The notes below the pieces were generated by a model. The model worked only from the letters and a program-made list of their open reading frames with translations, was not told where the DNA came from and ran no database searches. A DNA stretch of 64,000 bases from Octopus sinensis (taxonomy: Eukaryota), in assembly GCF_006345805.1 (NCBI RefSeq), contig NC_043003.1, positions 109,988,001-110,052,000 of the forward strand, read 5' to 3'. This document shows, piece by piece, positions 56,533 to 64,000 of this stretch. Position 1 is the stretch's first letter, and each line of letters starts with the position of its first letter. Both the position numbers and the translations under genes were made by a program.

Positions 56533-56925
56533 CTAGCAGTATTACCCGGCCTTGCCCGGGATTAAGTTACGATTATTAAGCTAATCAAGTTCTTTATTTC
56601 AAACAAAACTAAGTAATGTAGACGTCAAATTTGGGCGAAATCAGTTGAAATTAGTTATATTATATATATTATATATATATATAATATAATATACATATAT
56701 ATGGGCATCAGACACGAACACACACACGTACGTACACCTATTGCATGTTTTGTGCACGCATACATGTTCATAAACAGAAATGAATGGAAAAAATGTTGTT
56801 AAATTTGTAGATTAACACTCCCACGATTTTCACTAAAGTATATATACTATGATTGTAAAATCTAGTGTCTTTCAAAAACAAAAAAGAACACATTTTACAT
56901 TTTATTTTTTATGAACGTCATAACT

Positions 56926-56967
<42 letters not shown>

Positions 56968-57282
56968 CTCTCCCTCTCTCATTTTGTCTTTCCCGTGAAA
57001 CTCTCTGCCTCCTTCTTCCACTTTTCTTTATCTAATTTTTTTGTGTTACACGCCATGAAAAAAGCCAAGGCTGATATTTTTCGTGGCTAAAAGCTATGTC
57101 TGAGAATAGATATTTACGCTACCCACGGGTGCCTCGGAAAAAAAGTTGACAAAACCCTGATAGGGTGTTGACAAATGTTCTCCTAAAATTTGAGCGACAT
57201 GCGTGCTAATTTGTGGACGTGCATATATCACAATCATATACACACACACACACGCGCACACACATCCTCCCTTTTATAGATA

Positions 57283-57285
<3 letters not shown>
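56533..57285 (-). mobile_element. Non-autonomous Helitron, 753 bp
   Basis: On the minus strand: A|TCatatctataaaagggaggatgtgtgtg 5' end; 3' hairpin cccgg-gcaagg-ccggg followed by CTAG|T. Confidence 0.75.
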
Positions 57286-57351
<66 letters not shown>

Positions 57352-57369
57352 ACATATATGTATATAAAG

Positions 57370-57535
57370 TTAATCCAAACATGAAAGCACAAACAAACAC
57401 AACAACGCGAGGACGTGGAACAAATATAGTATAATTGGACGCTCAGGAAAGAAGGAAAGAAGGAGGTTTTAACGTTTCGAGCGGAGCTCTTCGTCGGAAA
57501 TATAGGAGAAGGAAAGATCCAGAAAAGAGAAGATA
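57370..57535 (-). mobile_element. Penelope-like element terminal repeat (putative)
   Basis: Minus strand tttccgacgaagagctccgctcgaaacgttaaaa...tttcctgagcgtcc; parallels 21920-22207. Confidence 0.6.
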
Positions 57536-57988
57536 TGTATATACATATATATGTGTGTGTATTTCTGCGTGCTTGAGCATCTGTGTGTGTGTCTGTGCGA
57601 GTGCACATATTATTCAGGTCGTGCGGGTTCCCACGCTTGTGCATTTGTACATTTGTAGGTAAACGAGTGTTCTCAAGTAATTAATAAATTCATGCTCAGC
57701 GCTGTTCCCTGTGAAGATCCCAGGAGCAATGCAAGGTAAACAACTGTTAAGGTTTCCTTATAAATGACCTTACATTATATGTATGTATACTTCCCTAAAA
57801 TTCCTGCATATGCTCGTATAATTTCGTCTTTTCTCATCCATAACGGATACGAGTACCAACGTTCCTATGCAGAAGGTTTGATTATTAAGAAATTCCTCCC
57901 TACATAAAATCACTGTTATCCTTGTTATCCCATAAATAAAATATATACGTATACATACATACATACATACATACATACATACACACAA

Positions 57989-58022
<34 letters not shown>

Positions 58023-58150
58023 TTATATGTATGTATGTATATGCATTTGTTTTTGTATGTATATGTGCTGATATCTATCTATCTGTCTGTCTATCTATCT
58101 ATTTATCTATCTATATATATCTGAAGATAGATAAATGGATAGATTATGAG

Positions 58151-58213
<63 letters not shown>

Positions 58214-60827
58214 GGGAGAGAGAGTGACAGAGAGAGAGAGAGAGAGAAAAAAGAGACCAGTTTTATGCTCTCAGAGAATATCATTTGTCTTGCTTTCTTC
58301 ATACAGCGATACTTCATAATATTTCTCCCAGTGTAAGATGACCTCTGTGAAAATAATCGATGTGTTAGACGCGTAGAGGGTAAATATTCCTCAAATAAAA
58401 CTTCTCATCGCTTTGGAAGTAGTACTGAAAATTACAGTTTTATATATATCTGCATATTTGACTTTCAGTTGTACACATTTAAACTTGGAGAAAAATATCT
58501 GGAAAGTGCTGTTTTTTTTTTATGGATTGTAGAAATGCAATCATATAACATTAAAGTTAGACTTGAAAAATTATGCAAATATTACCGGAAATTATATATC
58601 TTTTTACGAAACATAATCTGAGACCATTTCTCTAGAAGAGTAATATACTTATTTTTTCTTCGATCCTTTGCATTACTGCGAAAGCATTTAAATTTTACTT
58701 TTGTATGTCTAAGACCTACGAATACATTTCTCACGCCTTAATGGGTAGTGTTGAGATAAATGACTTTGGCTGCAATTTGTACCCGTTCGAGAGACCACGT
58801 AGAGTTCCATTTAGCTTATATCAACAAATAGGAGTATTATCTTGATAGAAATTTAAGAAATTCTATTATTTATTATTAGCAGTTTTACATTTGAATAGAC
58901 AGGAAATTTGAGTATATTATCAGAAACAAAATCTAATGATTCCGCTGAAGTCATTTTTGTGTCCTACATTCAAACCTCGTATCATTGTTTAGTATGAAGT
59001 CCTTGATATTCAAAAGTGACCACTGCTTCAATTAAGCAATGATAACTATATCGTGATATACGATATATGACATCCAACTATTTAATACTTATTCTCTTTA
59101 AGCAACTTCATCCACTATTCGCATTCAATACCTTGTATTTTAATCATTCATCTCAAAACTCACAGCTTACCCATTCCTGCCATTGGCCTGCCTATGTTCC
59201 CCATTGAAGAGTGTTTGTTGAAATGCTGAATAAAATACTGAACTCCTATTTTATGACAGAGAAATTTCTGTAAACTGAAACCATTTTGCTTTTGTTTTAT
59301 AATTCTTTTCATAAGATGGAACTATCGATTATGATAATTAATATCCGCGAATAACGTTTTCTTGTTGCTTTTTAGGATAAGATTTAAGGAAGATGGGAAA
59401 AGTGGTGAATCTGATACAAACTAGAAAAGCAAGAAGAAATATTAAATTAAATTACTTGTGTTAAATGCTTCCCTGTCGCTTAACCGTGTCATTAAATGCT
59501 TTGATACAATATAACCAATTGATGTTACAACAAAATAGTCATAAAAATACTAATCTACTAATCAAGAGAAATGAAGACAGCAGTTAAGCGGTCAGATAAT
59601 CATAATAGTGAAAATGAGGACAAATTGTTGCTCCTGAAATGAACAAATTGATCGTTGCTCCGTCGAAGTGTCCAGGCTCGACTGAAATTCAATTTCACGC
59701 TTCATTATATTGCAAAACAATAAGTTCTTTCGCTTACTCTGTCTGTATTCTTCCTTCATCCTCTCAGTCACTATAATGCGTTGAAGGCTAGCATTAGTCC
59801 TTTTATCAAAAGATGAAAGCCGGTAGTATCAATTCTTAAGTACACAGCTGAAACATCTCTACATAACAGCGCTGGTTTAATGGATCATAAGAAATTGAAG
59901 GAAGCCCTTTAATTTGAACATGAAACGACACTTTCTATTCGATTCATTAGGTCAGCTTTCTTTTCTGTCTTTAATAATGAAGAATCAATAAAATTATCAC
60001 TCCTACACAAAATACACACACATATGCATGGAGTGGTACACACATATACACGCGTACATGTATTGCTCACACACTTGCATTAAGCAAAGCTGAAATATTG
60101 GAACAGACAGATACACAAGTGAAAGCGTTGCGTTTATAGCTATTCATTCACATGAAAACCTCCGCTTAGATGAATTTTATCGTTAATAACTACACATTTG
60201 AACATGAACTGATACTCCATTTTATTATTTTCTTTCATACAATATTTTTCTACAATGTCTTTTTGAGACTTTAAGAATGGATCTTTTTGGAATATTTCTC
60301 TAAAATATTCAAGTTTGTGGGATTGACACCTCGTACCAAACAGAACATTAATAAATTGCATAAAAAGCTAACAATAAAGCTATGACTTTTGCTTTAAGAG
60401 TAGAGTTACAACGCTACATTTGACGTTGCCAAAAATGAAAGGGGTCTCCAACCATTAATTTCCATTGATATTTAAAGAAAAAGCACAAGGCAACGTTTAG
60501 TCCTCATCAAAGTCTGATTGTCAATTTGCAATGAAATGGTCAGATCTAGTAACGGCAGTTTGAGAAATAAAATATTTTTATAGTTTTGTAGTGTTTAAAT
60601 TCGAATGTTTTGTATAATTAGAATTATTTTTTACTTCTTCAATTTAGAGTCAAAAGTGATTTACAGTCAATGTGTAAAAAGTGTTTTCACTGGATCGACA
60701 AATCGCCTGCAAGGTCTGCAAAAACACAAATGTACAAGACCCAATACGTGTCAGCTATGAACCTGTGTTTGATTTATGCCCACAGCGAAGATACTTAACC
60801 TTTAAATGACAGGGTACATTTAGTTGT

Positions 60828-61125
60828 GTGAAGGCGCATGACTCAATGATTAGAGAGTTGAGCTGTGTGTCGTGCTCTTAAGCAAGACATTTTATTTCAC
60901 ATTGATCCAGTTCGCTTAGCTGTAGAAATGAGTTGCAACGTCACTGGTGCGAAACCGCATCGGTTTTTACCTTTCCCTTGGATAACATCGGTGGCATGGA
61001 GATGGGAGTCTGGTATGCCTGGGGGATTGCTGGTCTTCAATAAACAACCTTGCCCGGTCTTGCGCCTTGGAGGGGAACTTTCTGGGTGCAATATCATGGT
61101 CATTCATGACCGAAGATGGTCTTTT
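60828..61125 (+). mobile_element. tRNA-derived SINE family D (CORE-like), head partly deleted
   Basis: gtgaaggcgcatgactcaatgattagag (A-box region), gtgctcttaagcaagacatttt core, agctgtagaaatgagt, 3' hairpin ggtcat-tc-atgacc; B-box segment missing. Confidence 0.7.
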
Positions 61126-63059
61126 TCTCTCAAGTAGTTATAAGTACACGAGGAAGAAAATCATTATAGCCATGTGTTAAGACAATTAACTGACGTATGG
61201 TTTTCTAAATTGTAGATCGGATTGAATATACTCTCATACCTAAATCTGTAGTGGATGGGTACCATGACACTAACTGTCATGGAATGTTTGTATAAAAATT
61301 ATATTTTTAATGACAGCTACTGAAATCAATGACTCTTCCTAGCATGAGGGGCACTTAGGCACCTCGTTACAATATACACTTTGTTGGTAGAGATTACACG
61401 TTCAAATAGCACTTTCAAAAGAGGCGCCAGCAGTTCTATTGTATTTAAATTTTGAATTTATTATCATACATATGATGTTAACTAATTAGAGTGTAATTAG
61501 CAGCTAAATGTTATTCAAATCACATTCTGTTATGGAAATCATATAAATATAGTAGATAATTTACCTGTGTGGTTCAGATGGAACAAGATATTTAGAAAAG
61601 AATGATTCCCATGCTTTCATCAAATAGTTTTTTTCTTGGAGGAGTACAAACAGGTATGTTCAAGGGCTTGATGTATTAAATCCCTCCCTCTATGTTGGAA
61701 GCTCATTCTCTAGATTGCCCGAAAAATAACTTCTGGACTTAGAAGACTTCACTTGCGGCTGGGATCAGCGAAACGAGTCAGATAAGGCAAGAACATGGAA
61801 CTCTATACTAAATCTTGCATCATCCCATCTCAAATGCTCGCGTCATCGCAGTGTTGGAAAATGCGGAATGTCCCAGAATGGAAGCATGCCTTCAATGATG
61901 ACAGTAGTGTTGATAATTTCAGGTACACAATGCATATTAATTTATGAGGAATTATTATTGTTAGTAAAACTATCCTGTACAAATAAAGAAAAAAACTATC
62001 CTGTACAAATAAAGAAAAATCACCATATTGTCACAATAAACAACCTCAAGTATTTGAAGTTTTCAAACATTAATAATTGTGAACACAACACACAGAAAGA
62101 AGGGAAAGGAATTCTAAAACCAAGGGCAATAATCTGGTTAGATTGAGTAACCGCGAGGTTTTCATCAAACAATGAAATGCAAGGCTTTAAAACTGCCGGC
62201 TAATGAAGTTCGGCATGGTACAGAGTCTGTCTATTTCTGTAGCTACGTTACCCACTAAAAGATGGAAATAGATCTCCATTCAAGCACATTTATCTGAAGA
62301 CACATAATGATGCTTGAAAGCATGTAGCTTCCACCAGTGGAGTACTGCTAACCTTTATCTCCAAAAATATTCCCATCTACTGCCAAATGACGGTCAATTT
62401 TGGACAAGTTTATAAATGATGAGCTGCTATTGGTGTGACTCTTATGAAAGTTATGTGATACATATCTCATAAAAATAATACATCAACCTAGGCTGGTAAG
62501 TTATTCAGGGTAAAAGTGGCATGAAGTGTGTTACAGCCATTTATTTCATGAGCAATGATTAAGTGAATTCATTCAAAATCGATTAGAAAACCACAATGTA
62601 TACATGTCTCCGTCTCTCTTCCAGTTCTTCTGCCCCCTCTCTGTCTGTCTGTCAGTCAGTCTGTCTGTCTATCTATCTATCTATCGACACACACACACAC
62701 ACATACATATATAGAGAGGGGGTGGAGAGAGGAAGAAAGAGAATCTGATTGAATTTTACATAAAGCTATGCTTTACAAATTTGCTCAGATAGGATGTACC
62801 TATCATAGGTACATCCTTTTGCCAAGAGTCAGGGTTCTCGAAAAATCGATGTCTGAGATTCCTGATAGATGGCGACTCTGAACAAGCCGGATGTTTTAAC
62901 AATTTTTTACCATAAGACAAATATTTTCTCCACGGTAACTGCAGTGAAATTACCTTTTAGCAGTTGAAAGATGTCTCAAATATATTTTTACTAACCTAAA
63001 TTTTGCTTATACGTATATATATAATATAGATAATTATATATAATATAGATAATTATAAG

Positions 63060-63500
<441 letters not shown>

Positions 63501-63509
63501 GTATACATA

Positions 63510-63915
63510 TTCTTTTACTCCTTTGCTTATTTCAGTCATTGGAAAGCGGCCATGTTGGAGCACCGCCTTTAGTCCAACAGCTCAACCACTGGGCTTATTC
63601 TTTGTAAGCGTAGTACTTATTCTATCGGTCTCTTTTGCGGAACTACAAAGTTACGGGCACGTAACCACACTAACATCGGTTGTTAAGCGATGGTGGGAGG
63701 ACACACAGCCACACAAATATATATATATGATATATATATATATATATTCACATACATACACATGACGATCATCTTTCAGTTTCCGCCTACCAAATCCACT
63801 CACAAGGCTTTGGTCGGCCCGAGGCTACAGTAGAAGACACCTGCCCAAATTGCCACGCAGTGGAACTGAATACGGAACCATTTGGTTGGGAACCAAGCTT
63901 CTTACCACACAATCC
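63510..63915 (-). mobile_element. SINE family B, full copy
   Basis: cttatttcagtcatttggaaagcggccatgttggagcaccgccttt (tail) through ccacgcagtggaactgaa...ggttgggaaccaagcttcttaccacac (head). Confidence 0.92.
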
Positions 63916-64000
63916 CAAAAATGCATGCATGCATGTCTGTATATTTATGCAGTCTTTCTCCTTTTAATTCAGAATAAATTTTGACCACCTGCCTGCTTGG

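Noticed and set aside
61751-61785. gctg-ggat-cagc-gaaac-ga-gtc hammerhead-like half
   Set aside because: Upstream reads acttgcg instead of CUGANGA, and stem I is not convincing.
61966-62018. 26-bp tandem duplication (similar short ones near 50570 and 63015)
   Set aside because: Ordinary slippage duplications; two or three units without spacers, so not CRISPR-like.

Overview
AT-rich eukaryotic, non-coding DNA saturated with microsatellites and transposon relics. The SINE families and repeat landscape resemble an octopus (cephalopod) genome; this is recognition from memory, not a database result. I found no supportable host exon, RNA gene or CRISPR array, and nearly all ORFs in the track are translations of (TA)n, (CA)n, (TATC)n, (TATG)n, (TAA)n or (GAA)n. 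Supportable content: a full-length decayed mariner, a Tc1 element, a truncated second mariner, several MITEs, three short non-autonomous Helitrons, fragments of RLE-type (R4/Dong-like), RTE-like and CR1/L2-like LINEs, two Penelope-type terminal repeats, and four tRNA-derived SINE families (called A-D here). Best second-look items: (1) a LINE 3' end and SINE family B share a tail whose terminal hairpin shows compensatory changes; (2) two degenerate minimal hammerhead ribozyme motifs in Penelope-type repeats; (3) a 214-bp spacer-less palindrome between (TA)n tracts; (4) an uninterrupted triple-C2H2 RTE-like 3' end with an 11-bp target duplication; (5) a Dong-like element embedded in (TAA)n. These point to mobile-element biology, not a new host gene system. 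Many element boundaries are approximate (about 10-20 nt).
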